In this document: positions 25,603 to 38,812 of the stretch, piece by piece
Numbering within the stretch: the stretch's first letter is position 1
How the letters are laid out: each line of letters opens with the position of its first letter
NCBI GenBank assembly: GCA_951406725.2
Contig: OX597819.1
Coordinates: 110,236,001 to 110,300,000 of the forward strand
Origin: Octopus vulgaris
Lineage: Eukaryota
Length of the DNA: 64,000 nt
Direction: 5' to 3'
Program-made: the position numbers and the translations under genes
Notes under the pieces: generated by a model
Database searches by the model: none
Seen by the model: only the letters and a program-made list of their open reading frames with translations
Told to the model about the DNA's origin: nothing

Positions 25603-25690
25603 CAGCCTAGTCAGCGCAGTAACGGACTATTCTGTTTTTCTTTTTAAAACGAAAAGCGACACCATGGAACGCACTGAGACGTCTATTGCA
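25603..25690 (-). other. Probable non-coding first exon of the minus-strand gene, with uORF MVSLFVLKRKTE* (25665-25627)
   Basis: Consensus donor CTG|GTAAGT at 25602 just downstream of a CpG-containing promoter; 5' end approximate. Confidence 0.55.
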
Positions 25691-25699
25691 AATTTGACA

Positions 25700-25756
25700 C
25701 CACATTGGTCACGTGGCTATGAAATTCCCCGTGATTGGAAAGTCACGTGATTGGTT
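25700..25756 (-). promoter_or_regulatory. Promoter: three CCAAT boxes with two CACGTG E-boxes (NF-Y + USF/MiT-TFE type)
   Basis: + strand reads ATTGGTCACGTGG...GTGATTGG...GTCACGTGATTGG within 55 bp. Confidence 0.65.
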
Positions 25757-26037
25757 TCTATGTAGGAAAGAAGTCGCTGAGCTAGTACTGTTCCAATTTA
25801 TTAACGAAATAACATGATTCTTTCGAAGGACAACAATATTCCTTCTCTGTTTCTTCTTTATTGATTCATTTATTTTACAAATACGGCCAGAACATTCCAG
25901 GATCTTCTAAATTCGGAGAAGGACGGAAAACAACAAAAGTTTAATGAGGCATCTGCTTGTAGATATCTCTTCTCAAAAATTTCTTTCACAATCAAATATT
26001 CAATTGAGTAGACTATATCTATCTATCTGTCTATCTG

Positions 26038-26129
<92 letters not shown>

Positions 26130-26130
<1 letters not shown>

Positions 26131-26333
26131 TTTTACTCTTTTACTTGTTTCAGTCATTTGACTGCGGCCATGCTAGAGCACCGCCTTTAGTCGAGCAAAT
26201 CGACTCCGGGAATTAGTCTTTGGAAGCCCAATACTTATTCTATCGGTCTCTGTTGCCGAACCGCTAAGTGACGAGGACGTAAACACACCAGCATCGGTTG
26301 TCAAGCAATGCTAGGGGGACAAACACAGACACA

Positions 26334-26427
<94 letters not shown>

Positions 26428-26592
26428 TACGACAGGCTTCTTTCAGTTTCCGTCTACCAAATCCACTCACAAGGCATTGGTCGGCCCGGGGCTCTAGCAG
26501 AAGACACTTGCCCAAGATGCCACGCAGTGGGACTGAACCCGGAACTATGTGGTTGGTTAGCAAGCTACTTACCACACAGCCACTCCTGCGCC
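26130..26592 (-). mobile_element. SINE family C (GGAGTGGCTGTGTGGTAAG...) with internal TA/TG microsatellite; other copies at 20182, 30365, 35930, 37620, 38940, 52520, 56170, 58145
   Basis: tRNA-like head GGTTCAGTCCC, CCTTGGGCAAGT block, AAAGAGT tail; many dispersed copies. Confidence 0.85.
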
Positions 26593-26820
26593 TATATATA
26601 TAAAATATATATAAATGTAAGATCCAGGGATTGAGGTGTAGGAAGAAACTTATCTTCAAGCAATCCGTAGTAAATATATATAAAAAAGAAAACCTTTCAG
26701 GGACAATAGTTTGTATTTTTTTGTTTGAGACGTTGTGATTTTTTTTTCTTATCGAAGTACGATAAACTGAAAAAATTTTTTTTATATTTCTCAGTAGGCG
26801 ACCGAGGTCACCGGATGTGC

Positions 26821-27053
26821 GAATAAGAGAATACAAGAGTTGCGGAATGGAGTAGATAAGATCCGGGATACAGATGTTTCATAGCGAGCGGAACCTCAGA
26901 GGTGATAAATATCCTGGCGAGATGTATATTGAAGGCTACTCTTCAGGCCGAGGATATCTGGATGAAATGAAAGTTTACATTGCCGCTCGCTATGAAACAT
27001 ATATATAGCCCTGATCTTATCTACTTAATTCCGTAACTCTTGTATTCTTATTC
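26821..27053. mobile_element. Fold-back element (about 70-bp arms)
   Basis: gaataaga..atgtttcatagcgagcgg / ccgctcgctatgaaacat..tcttattc. Confidence 0.7.
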
Positions 27054-27925
27054 CCACACCCGACAACCCTGGTCGCCGACTCTCTGAGTGTGTGTGTGTG
27101 TAGTATATATACAGGGTAGTATATACCCTGTAGTAAATATAAGGCGGCGAGCTGTCAGAAACGTTAACACGCCGGGCGAAATGCTTAGCGGTATTTCGTC
27201 AACGTTACGTTGTGAGTTCAAATTCCGCCGAGGTCGACTTTGCCTTTCATCCTTTCGGGGTCGATAAATTAAGTACCAGTTACGCACTGGGGTCGATGTA
27301 ATCGACTTAATACCTATGTCTGTCCTTGTTTGTCCCCTCTGTGTTTGGCCCCTTGTGGGTAATAAAGAAATAAGTACATATACAGGGTGATTCAAAAGTA
27401 GTCATATATAGGAACGATTTATCTTTTTTATAAGAAACAGTTTATAAGAAGTTTTTTTTTTCTTTTTTTGTGGCAGGGTGGTAATTAGCTTGTTTACCAA
27501 CCACATGGTTGCGGGTTCATTCCCACTGCGTGACATCTTAGGCAAGTGTCTTCTACTATAGCCTCGGGCCGTTCTTGCTCCACTTACTCCAGATGGAGCA
27601 AGAACACATACGGAAACGAAAAGTAGCGCCGGGGATCAATGAAATAAATACCAACTAAATCTTCGGTTCAATCTGTTTAGCAATTCTTTCTCACTAAGAT
27701 GCAAATAAATATGCAAGATAATTTTTAATTCTTTATTCCGCAAGAATCGACTAGAGAGTCAGTCAGTTCGCCCATCTGTCCGTCCGTCTGTCCCGCCGTC
27801 CGTCCGTCCGTCCATCCATCCATCCATCCATCCATCCATCCATCTATCCATCCATCCATCCATCCATCCATCCATCTTCTCTGCCCACTACTTAATTACC
27901 AAGCGTGACTAACTGAGACTATATA

Positions 27926-29204
27926 CGAGGGGCGTTCAATAAGTAATGTCCCTGACCCACTTGCATTGTTGGCGCTAGCTGAAATTTTGCGTGTGCAATT
28001 ATTTATAGTAGGTGGCAAATTACAGCTCTGAACTAATCGGGGTTTCTGATTTACAGGTGTTTGAACTGAGTCAAGTGTGAAATGGAGCCTGTTGAGTGTC
28101 GAGTAGTGATCTGGTTTTTGTATTTGAAAGGACGCACACCACGGAGACTTTTGATGAAATGAAAGTAACTTATGGTAACGATGCCCCATCATATGACCTT
28201 GTAAAACGCTGGCATCGTGAATTCAAACATGGTCGGAACTCGGTGGAAACAGCTCCCAGATCTGGTCGCCCCCTTTCTGCCATTGATGAGGCATCTGTCC
28301 GTCAAGTTGAGGCTGCCATTTTGGAAGATCGACGAATAACTATTCGCCAAATAGCCCATGAAGTCAAGATTAGTACCGGGTCTGTGGAAACTATCATTCA
28401 TGACTATTTGCATATGCAAAAGGTGTCTGCCAGATGGATTTCCAGGTTGCTAACACCTTTCCAGAAGCAAGAACGCGTCGAGTGCTCGAGGATGAATTTG
28501 GAGATGTGCCAAGAAGATGAGTCAAAATTTTTCAAAAGACTGATCACACAGGATGAAACCTGGGTCCATCACTATGATCCAGAGACCAAAGCCCAGTCAA
28601 TGCAGTGGAAGCACCGTGACTCAACTCCTCCAAAGAAGGCAAGGGTGCAGCCCTCCGCTGGCAAGGTCATGCTCACAGTCTTCTGGGACCAGGACGGAGT
28701 ATTGATAACAGATTTCCTGGCAAAGGGTACCACAATTACAGGAGCCTATTATGCTTCACTTTTGAGGAAATTAAGAGAAACTATCAAAATCAAGAGGCGG
28801 GGCAAGATCAGCAAAGGCATCCTCCTCCTGCAGGACAACGCTCCGGTCCACAACTCGCTTGTCGCCAGATCGGAAGCACAGGCGTGCTGCTATGAACTCC
28901 TCTCCCATCCCCCTACTCTCCTGACCTTGCACCCTCTGATTTTCACCTCTTCCCAGCCATGAAGTTGTTTTTGAAAGGAAAGCGTTTCCCAGATGATGCA
29001 GCCTTGATTTCTGAAGTCACGTCGTGGTTGGAGGACCAAGCTGAGTCTTCTAAAAAAACGGTCTCCAGAGCTGTATCAAACGATGGGAGAAATGCGTAAC
29101 TCTGGGTGGTTCCTATGTAGAGAAAGACTAATAACTGTGCAAAGTTTCGTTGCTCTACTGCTATGGGAAGTGGGTCAGGGGCATTACTTATTGAACGCCC
29201 CTCG
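27926..29204 (+). mobile_element. Full-length mariner DNA transposon (DD34D, irritans/Hsmar2-like TIR); transposase is a pseudogene
   Basis: TA target duplications; about 36-bp TIRs CGAGGGGCGTTCAATAAGTAATG; ATG 28082; TQDETW, LLQDNAP and (frameshifted) YSPDLAPSDFHLF; frameshifts near 28143 and 28912, further lesion near 29050. Confidence 0.95.
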
Positions 29205-31316
29205 TATATTATCTAATCATCTCGTTCTGGGCCAAATCCAAGGTCTCCCAATAGAATATGTTCTCTCCTTTGAAATCCTATCCTGAAGGGGATACTGAGG
29301 ACCTTTCGCAGCTAGCTACGATTTTGACTTTAAAAACAAAATGCTGAAATTACTCAGAGATGTAGAGGCACTACCCAAATCCTTTGCATGTTTCTCTCGG
29401 GCTGGAAGGGAAATATTCAATTGATGCCCAGGTTGGACATCTGCAACCTCGGAAATCCTCGGACAAAAAGGGAACCAGAAGTGACCGAATGACAGATAAG
29501 GAATGAGGCATCTAGTTAAATGCCTTCAAGAACGTGAACTTCGCTAAGGCCACCCAAGGACCAGGTGGTGCAGTTGAAGTGTAGTCCTTGGTCCCGCGTG
29601 ATCGAGTAGTCCTATAGCATACAGGTGGCAACTGAACGATAAAGTGTAACCCACATGTCTTTCTTTTCAGTTATACTATTTTACCAACTAGCTGATGATC
29701 AAACTACTCATTTCCATAAAGTGTATGGCGAGCTGGGTTTACATTTTAAACAACTGATCTCCGTAGTGTGACAGTCTAACCATCAGTTAAACTGGACGAC
29801 TTTGGTAGACGTATTCTCACTCGTCAGTTCTCTATCAGCAAAATAAATAAAACGTTACAAGTAAAAACAACAACAACAATAATAATGATAATGATAATTC
29901 ATTCTAATTTTGGCACATGACCAGCGATTTTGAGGGAAGGGTGCAAGTCGATTATATTGACCTTAGTATTTATCTGGTACTCTAATTGACCCCTGAGGGA
30001 GGTAAGGCAAAGTTGACCTAGTGGTGCAATTTGAGGAATATTTGGCGCCTATTTCAAGATTCTTCGTTTAGTTCCATTATCCATAACGGAAGTCAAATAT
30101 GTTTTCAAAGTAAATGTGGTCAACAAGAGTAAGTCTAGGGGACATTTAAGGCGGTGAGCAACGTTTCGTCTGTCTTTACTTTCTGAGTTCAAATTCCGCT
30201 GAGGTCAACTTTGCCTTTCATCTTTTTGGGGGGTCGATAAAATGAGTACCAGTTAAGTACTAGAACCAATGTAATCGACTTACACCTTCTCCGAAATTGC
30301 TGGCCTTGTGCCAGAATTTGAAACTATTAAGAACTTTTTTTGTAACATGTCAATTAATTTGCTTTACTCTATTACTTGTTTCAGTCATTTGTGGCCATGC
30401 TGGAGCAACGCCTTTAGTCAAGCAAATCGACCCCAGGACTTATTCTTTGTAAGCCTAGTACTTAATTCTATCGGTCCCTATTGCCGAACCGCTAAGTTAC
30501 GGGGACGTAAACACTCCACCATCTGTTGTCAAGCGATGTTGGGGGACAAACACAAACACATAAAAACACACACACACATATATATGTACGTATATACATA
30601 TATACGACGGGCTTCTTTCAGTTTCCGTCTGCCAAATTTGGTCGGCCCGAGTCTATAGTAGAAGACGCTTGCCCAAGGTGACACGCAGTGGGAATGAACC
30701 CGGAACTATGTGGTTGGTAAGCAAGCTACTTTATTTCATAAATATTTGCCATGAAGGCATTACAAAAAGGGGACGAACAAGAACAGGCAAACATAAAAGG
30801 GTGAAGTAGGTATATAGAGCCACTCCTGCGCCTATGTTCAATTTAGTTCAATTTTTGTTTAACTAAGTCACGTCATTTTTGTTGGGTAATTAGTTTTCAA
30901 ACCGAACGGGCTCAACAACATTGACATTCACTATTACTAAAACAGTAAAAGTAAATGTAACAAGTATCTAATAAAGCAACCAGTGAAAGATGATTTAAAA
31001 GGAACGAAAAAAAGAAAAAAGAGAGAGAACTAAATCCCTGGGTGACACCGTTATGGGAGTGAACTCTTGCGGTATTAAACATGTTTTGTATCACGAGTTA
31101 TGTTTTCTTTAAAATGTTGGTAACCCAGTAAAAGTATTAAAATGTTATCAGTGAAAAGAATCAAATAGAAATAAAACCAACAGAAAATTGCTAAATAGAG
31201 TAACAAAATAATGAGAGAAATTATAGAGCCTTTATTTAGAAAATAACAGAAAGACAAAATAGATTTGGAAAATTTTTCGCAGAGAACTATAGTCACTATG
31301 TACACCGGTTAAAGCA

Positions 31317-31724
31317 ATGAACACATGGCATAAAAAACTACGTAACGTTTTGTGTTCGCTGAAAAAATTTTCCGGTTTTACCACTCGACAAGTTCCACGC
31401 CCCAGACTTTCGCTTTCACATCGAAATATTTACAAAGTGGACACACCAATCAACAACAGAACAACGCCACCAATTTGGATTTTATGTATTTCATTTGTGC
31501 GAAAGTTGATTGGTGGCGTGGACGGCGCTAATATCTCCTCACCATCAAAGAAATCAATATTACCGTTGTCGTTAAGAAATCGATATTATTACCCGGTCAT
31601 GTCCAGTGATGTTTTCCCCTGCGAAGAGATCGAAGAAAGTCTCCTGCCACCGGAATCGGTGAGAGGAATGACTCAACTGGACAGATCGGCTTTTAAACAA
31701 ACGATATTAGTCCCAGCTTTAAAG
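31317..31724 (+). CDS. TRMT5: TRMT5 exon 1 (N-terminal extension + LLPPESVRGMTQLDRSAFKQTILVPALK)
   Basis: ATG 31317; second in-frame ATG 31599; motif PPxxVRGMTxLDRxAF typical of metazoan Trm5; donor AAG|GTATGT at 31725, phase 0. Confidence 0.92.
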
Positions 31725-33603
31725 GTATGTGTTTGTTAGACTCTTTGCACTCCCCGTGTTGTCGTTTGCCCCTGTATGAGTCCTGATAGAGTAGACCTAC
31801 GATCAAAAGCAATCAAACCGTGACCAACCCATCTTTTTTTATTCTTTTATATATATCCTGAACTTATCATTTTGGTCACCCGTTTGCTTTTCTTTTAGAA
31901 CAAATAAAGGGTGTTACTGAAAGAAATTTGGCTGTACTTTCTAGCATGTCTAACGACTGCGTCGAAGCTCTATTCTTGATCAACAATATGTTAATCCGTT
32001 TATAATTTTTATTACTCAGCTACTTCCACGCTCAGACTTTCCTTCACACATCGAAATATTAACAAACTAAACACACCCAATTCAACAACGCAACAACGTT
32101 GCTTAGCACCGTCTCTTGTTTCTGCTCATATCCTTTCTTATTTGTTTGTCTATGGGTGTTGAGTACATATTCTCTAAACGAGCAAACGAATGGCTATTTC
32201 CTGCTTGTGTGGACAGCAGTTCCACTGCACCTCAAGACTTGAAGTCTGTTCAAATATCGAAAATAACGCCTTTTTTTTGTTTTGATTTAAAAAAATAAAA
32301 AACACCTACAAACGAAGAGCTGCTTGTACCAAGCCCCCCCCCTTTAAACCAACGACGTAGAACTTCTTTTACATATTTTATGTTGTCAACTTTTCACGAC
32401 AGTTGACATTCCTGTTTATGGTTACTGTGCAAAAGAAAATAAATACTTCGATTAACTTTTCGGACTTTGATCGGAATTCTTGTCACACAATTCTTTAAAT
32501 GTTGTAATTGTTGCTATTGTTTTAGCCTTAAGCCGGGTCTGATCAAGCAATCTACGATCAAAGGCTATACAGTTGTGATCATTCCACCCTTTCCTATACC
32601 TGGGACCACATAATCCAATATATTCGTTCTTTAAGACAGTTGGGTGTGATTTGAAGGGATTTTGATGCCATTTCTAATAGGTCCAACGACCTCGTAGAAG
32701 CTTGTTTCTGTCTGGATTGGTGTTGTTCGAACCCAAGTCCCTTTATAATTTTATTCACATCCGGGGTGCATAAAATGAATCTAGATCAACTCCGATACTT
32801 GACTATATTAAACCCAGAAGAACGAAGAGCAGTATTGACATCGGCGGGATTTGAGCTCAGAACGTAAAGGGCCGTAATCAAATACCACGAGTTACTTTGA
32901 GCTGATGTTCTAACCGTATCGATCACCATCATCTTAGATCAGCCGTATGGCTGAAGGCGTTGACATATACGTGAAGACCACAGGATTTCGTGGTGTTAAG
33001 GCGTTCCAACTGTGGCCATCCTTTTTAGGGGGCGGGGAGGGGGATGCATTATTACAGCTTAGTGTTCCCTACCCTCACCACTGGGACTTTGCTTTTTTGT
33101 TAATAATGCGTATTTTTGCATGTTGTAAAGGAAACAGGCAACATATTTTCCGTTTTGAAAACTTTGTTTCGGCGCTTAAACTCCGGGATATCCGGACCAC
33201 TTTTTATCACACTATCCACTGCTTTCTTTAAGACAGCTGGATATGATTTAAAGCAAATTTTGTTGCTATTTCTAGCATGTTGAATGGTGATGCGATATTT
33301 AAAAATCGTCAGTGTAATCTTTTAATTTCTTCCCATACGCCACTATTGATTAATTTTTCACAGTAACAGTTCGTTTATAGATTCACTGTTGGGGGCCCTC
33401 TTACGAAATAACAGCCTTGAAAACAAGGAATATATTACGTAATACAGTCAGGGGTATACTTAATGAGAGCCGACCTTGGAGATTTAAACAACAACAAAAA
33501 CAGGCCATTAATGAGGTCTAGTAAATATTTTTCCGATGACAAATATTGTACCTAGTCGACCTTGACAGTATCAAAAAAATGTAATACGAGGTTATATTCA
33601 CAG

Positions 33604-33646
<43 letters not shown>

Positions 33647-34241
33647 ATTGCTTTTATTTTTGGCATTCCATGCATGGTCTTTGGAAATGCGTTAGGCTAT
33701 TCCGTGCTCTCATTATAGACGAACAGTTGATCAAGCAAACACACACACACACGTTGTTTTGTTCTTTTAAGTTTCATGCTAAGATTCTGAGCTCTGCTTT
33801 TTTTTTTTTTTCCTTCGAATGAAACTTAAACGGAAGAGTAGTCAAGTTGAACTGGTTTCTTTACAATAAATATTTACCCCTTGTTGAGTATTTTGAATAT
33901 CTCTTTGTTCGTGTTACTACTTGCATGCATGTATGTACGTATGTGTGTGTGTGTAAGAAATCTTTATATATATATATGTGTGTGTGTGTGTGTATTTGCT
34001 TTGATGTAAAATTGTAAGAAGAAAAAATAGTCCACTCATGCTTTTCATTAGTGCGCCGTATTTATTTATTTATTTATTATTTCTTTTACAAGGAAAACAT
34101 TTTTACAATGACTTCGAAGGTTCGACCTACTGTCATCAGAATCTGTGTGTATGTATGCGTACATTTGTATAGTTGTCAAATGTTAATACTCAGTATTAGT
34201 ATGGATGCTCAGTGGTGATAATATAAGTATGTGTGTGTGTT

Positions 34242-34301
<60 letters not shown>

Positions 34302-35530
34302 CTAATGGGTACTGTGTTATGTAATCGGCTTGAAGGACTAAAAACATACTTTATATTTAGTGGTTATTTAGAAAAGTCCAAAACGAAGAATTCTATTCAA
34401 AGTTCGATAAGTAATCGTAAAACTTAACATTTCTTGCTTTGCATCATTAGCGTAAAATATAGTTTTAGTTGATAGTATAAAACACACACCTCTGTTTATT
34501 TAACTTCAAATAAAGGAATTATTTCTGTTTGATACAAACGACGTCTGGCTGTTTTTTTTTTTTGTGTGAAAGAACAAATTAGAAGCGAAATAAAAAAAAA
34601 AAAACTAGGACACTTAATAATACTCGAGCAATTATTATTATTATTATTATTAGATGTTCTAATTTTTGTTGTTAGTCAAGCCCCTCTGCCCGCTACACAT
34701 GTAGACATTTTTCTACGCCTTGAATTAACGAAAGCCTGGGAAAAAAAGAAAAAAAAAAAAAAAAAACTTCCTGCGTTAGTTGTTAGCTGTCAGTACAATA
34801 TCCTTCAAAACTGCTTTTTGTAATTCGCTAACACTAACACTACTCCTAGCATACCTATGCACCCTTTCCTCTTTTATTTTCGGCTCTATTCTATTTTTTT
34901 TTTCTTGTGCACTATATGAATTCACTTCTCCTTATCATTGTTCGCTTTCTTTACTTCACTTATTGCTGATTTCTGTCCCCCCCCCTCATTTACTCTTTTG
35001 TATCAAGTTGTAGAGCTCTTGAGCACTGTATACGATAACCTCGTTATTATTGCATATCTTCTACCTTTTACTTGTTGCAGTCATTAAACTACGGTCATGC
35101 TGGAGCACCTCCTTCAAAAATTTTTAGTCGAATGAATCTACCCTAGTGTTTATTATTATTGTTGTTGTTGTTGTTGTTGTTAATTCTGCCAGAGTCGGCT
35201 TTGCCTTTCATCCGTCCAATATCGATAAATTAAGTACCAGTTGCGTACTGGGGTCGATCTAATTAACAGGCCGCCCCTTTTCCCAAAATTTCAAGCCTTG
35301 TGCCTAGAGTAGAAAAGATTATTATTATTATTATTATTATTATTATAAGGTGAGTTGGCAGAATCGTTAGCGCATTGGACAAAATGCTTAGCGGTATTTC
35401 GCCCATTGGTACGTTCTGAGTTCAAATTCCGCCAAGGTCGACTTCACCTTTCATCCTTTTGGGGGTCCATGTAATCAACTCATCCCTTCCCCCAAAATTG
35501 CTGCCCTTGTGGCAAAATTTGAAACCATTA

Positions 35531-35561
<31 letters not shown>

Positions 35562-36665
35562 GTTTTACTTTTAATCTGCATGTTTGTTACAATCACTTGC
35601 CGAAACACACCTAGTGTCCTGGAGCGAGTGAAGGATAAGAGATATTACAGTATGACTGAAAGCTTGGGGAGGGGGAGTGGCAGTAGTGAAATATCGTCAT
35701 GTAATACAACCCATATATTTAAATGGATAGCGTTTTTTCTAAGGATGTGGACAGTACTTGTCAGCACAATCTTTTGGATTTCTCTGAGACATGGTTCTCC
35801 TGGGATTTTCTTTAGATGTTTCTGACATCCCTTTTTTTTTATCATAACTAGGGCACCCACAATAACAGGAACAGTTCTTGTTTTAAGATGCCACATCTTT
35901 TGTATTTCAATTTCCATGTCCTCATTCTTGTATTAATTTCAATCATTTGACTGCGGCCATGCTGGAGCACCACCTTTAGTTGAGCAAAAGACCCCAGGAC
36001 TTATTCTTTGTAAGCCTAGTACTTATTCTATCGGCCTCTCTTGCTGAACTGCTAGGTGACGGGGATGTAAACACACCAGCATCAGTTGTCAAGCGATGTT
36101 GGGTGGACAAACACAGACACACAAACATATACATATATATATACACACACACACGCACAACAGGGTTCTTTCAGTTTCCGTCTACCAAATCCACTCACAA
36201 GGCTTTGGTCAGCCCAAGGCTATAGTAGGAGACACTTGCCCAAGGTGCAACACAGTGGAACTGAACCTGGAACCATGTGGTTGGTAAGCAAGCTACTTAC
36301 CACACAGCCAGTTTGTCAAATTCCTTTACAGATATATTTTTATCAGTGGGAACACTTACATCTGTTAATCTACAAATATTTTCTTCTCTGTCTTTGATGA
36401 TTATGTCTGGTCGATTAGCCTGGATCGTTCTGTCTGTGTTGACTGGAAAATCCCAGAAGATAGTGACATCTTTCCTTTAACATCTGGCTCAGGATGATGT
36501 TCATACCAGTAAGCAAGAGTGTTGATTTTGTAGTGTTTACATATTTTCCAATGTAAATACTCTCCTACCCTATTGTGGCTATTTTTGTATTCGTTTGTTG
36601 TCAACACAGGACATCCCGAGACGAGATGGCCTATTGTTTCGTCAAATGTGTCACAGAATCTGCAT
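35562..36665 (-). mobile_element. R4/Dong-like non-LTR 3' fragment in (TAA)n, interrupted by a SINE (about 35930-36310)
   Basis: ETIGHLVSGCPVL..EYKNSHNRVGEYLHWKIC zinc knuckle; EIQKMWHLKTRTVPVIVGAL...EIQKIVL; flanked by ATT repeats. Confidence 0.8.
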
Positions 36666-37505
36666 TATTATTATTCTCACGGCAGCAAGCTGGTAGAATT
36701 GTTAGCACATCGAGCGAAATGCTTAGCAGTATTTTCTCTATCGCTACATTCTGGGTTCAAATTCCTCCGAGGTTGACTTTGTCTTTCATCCTTTTGGGGT
36801 TGATAAATTAAGTACCAGTTGAACACTGGCTGCCTTTGTGGAAAAATTTGAAATCATTATTATCATTATTATTTTTATTAAGGCTGCAAGCTGGCAGAGT
36901 TGTTAGCATGCTAGACAAAATGCTTAGCGGTATTTCGTCTGCGTTACATTGTGAGTTCAAATTCCGCCGAGGTCGACTTTGCCTTTCATCCTTTCGGGGT
37001 CGATAAATTAAGTACCAGTTACGCACTGGGGTCGATGTAATCGACTTAATACCTATGTCTGTCCTTGTTTGTCGCCTCTGTGTTTAGCCCCTTGTGGGTA
37101 ATAAAGAAATAGGTATTTTGTCTGTCCTTATGTTCTGAGTTCAAATTCCGTTGAGGTTGTCTTTGGCTTTCATCTTTTTGGGGTTGATAAATTAAGTACC
37201 AGTTGCGTACTGGGGTCGATGTAATCGACTAACCCCTTCCCACCAAATTTCAGGCCTTGTGCCTATAGTAGAAAGGATTATTATTATGATTAAGGTGACG
37301 AGCTGGCAGAATCTTTAGCATGCCGGATGGAATGCTTAGCAGCATTTTGTCAGTCTTTACATTTTGAGTTCAAATTCAGCCGGGGTCAACTTTGCCTTTC
37401 ATCCTTTCGGAGTTGATTAGATAAGTACCAGTTACGCACTGGGGTTGATGCAATCAACTTAATCCCTTCCCCCAAATTTGAAACCTTGTGCTTCCAGCTG
37501 AAAAG

Positions 37506-37559
<54 letters not shown>

Positions 37560-38576
37560 TAGTCTTATCACATACTTTCACTGTACTACAGAGTGCAGCT
37601 GTGTGTATTATTATTATTATTATTTCAGCCTGGTACTTATGCTATCGATATCTTGTGCCAAGCCACTAAGTTACAGGGGTGTAAACACACCAACACCGGT
37701 TGTCAAGCAGTGGTGGGGAACAAACACAGATACAATGGCACACACACACACACACACATAACAGGCTTCTTTCAGTTTCTGTCTACCAAATCATTCACAA
37801 GGTTTTGGTCAGCCCAAGGTTATAGTAGAAGACACTTGCCTGAGCTGCCACACAATGGAACTGAACCCAAAACCATGTGGCTGGGCAGCAAACTTCTTAC
37901 CACACAGCCATGCTTGCTCCTATGATCCAATCTGTTTTCGTCATGTTCATTCATCATTCTGTCTTTCTCTTTGTTTTCTATTTGTCATTTCAAGGTCATG
38001 GGGAGCTGTATGCTTGACAGGTTAAAGTTGTGTGTGGAAACTTAAAGAAGGGTTAAAGAGATCTGAAGTTTTTTGAGGTTGTGGGTAAGCAAGGGTATGC
38101 AACCTGTAGAAAATCCAGCTCCAAACATGCCTCATGATAGTAAAGGAGAATGGGTACCAGCAAGTCCAAAGGTTTCGGTGGGCTGCACTTACCTACCTTG
38201 GTTGCTATGGCATTGAGGTAGATCCAGTTCCACCCCCTCCCCGTTAACGGGGACAAAACCCAGATTTAAAATACTGGATGATGATGATGGGAGACACTGT
38301 CTGAGGGGTTAGAGTTAGAGGTGAAAATGATGTCAAGTAGTTTCGAGGTCATAGAGGCAGTATGTGTCTGAGGATTTAGAGTTGTGTGTGGAACATTAAG
38401 GAGAAGGTGAAAGGTTGTATCCCCTTTATGGGAATATGTGATGTTAGAAGTGACAACTTTTTAATGCACATAAATGGTTGTATTGAAGATGATCAGGCTG
38501 GAGAGATTTTTCTGGTACCTGGGTAACAAAAGTTAACACAGGCGACTGTTTTAACCCTTTGGTATTCAGATTACAG

Positions 38577-38812
38577 AAGGCGGTGAGCTGGCAGAAATGT
38601 TAGCACGCCGGGCGAAATGCTTAGTGGTGTTTCGTCTGCTGCTACGTTCTGAGTTCAAATTCCGCCGAGGTCGACTTTGCCTTTCATCCTTTCGGGGTCG
38701 ATAAATTAAGTACCAGTTATGCACTGGGGTCGATGTAATCGACTTAATACCTATGTCTGTCCTTGTTTGTCCCCTCTGTGTTTAGCCCTTTGTGGGTAGT
38801 AAAGAAATAGGT
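38577..38812 (+). mobile_element. SINE family B (AAGGCGGCGAGCTGGCAGAA...), representative of more than 20 copies, e.g. 9225-9460(-), 27141-27373, 36880-37500, 39685-40095, 40563-40775
   Basis: tRNA-like head with B box GAGTTCAAATTCC; central GTCGACTTTGCCTTTCATCCTTTCGGGGTCGATAAATTAAGTACCAG resembling the Meta/MESC SINE domain. Confidence 0.85.

Noticed and set aside
31075-31305. Hydrophobic minus-strand ORF next to the TRMT5 start
   Set aside because: Low-complexity T-rich composition and no recognisable motif; lies in the probable promoter.
34105-34145. Additional hammerhead (minus: CTGATGAcagtaggtcGAAccttcgaagtc)
   Set aside because: GAAA is broken and stems I and II pair poorly; at most a decayed remnant.
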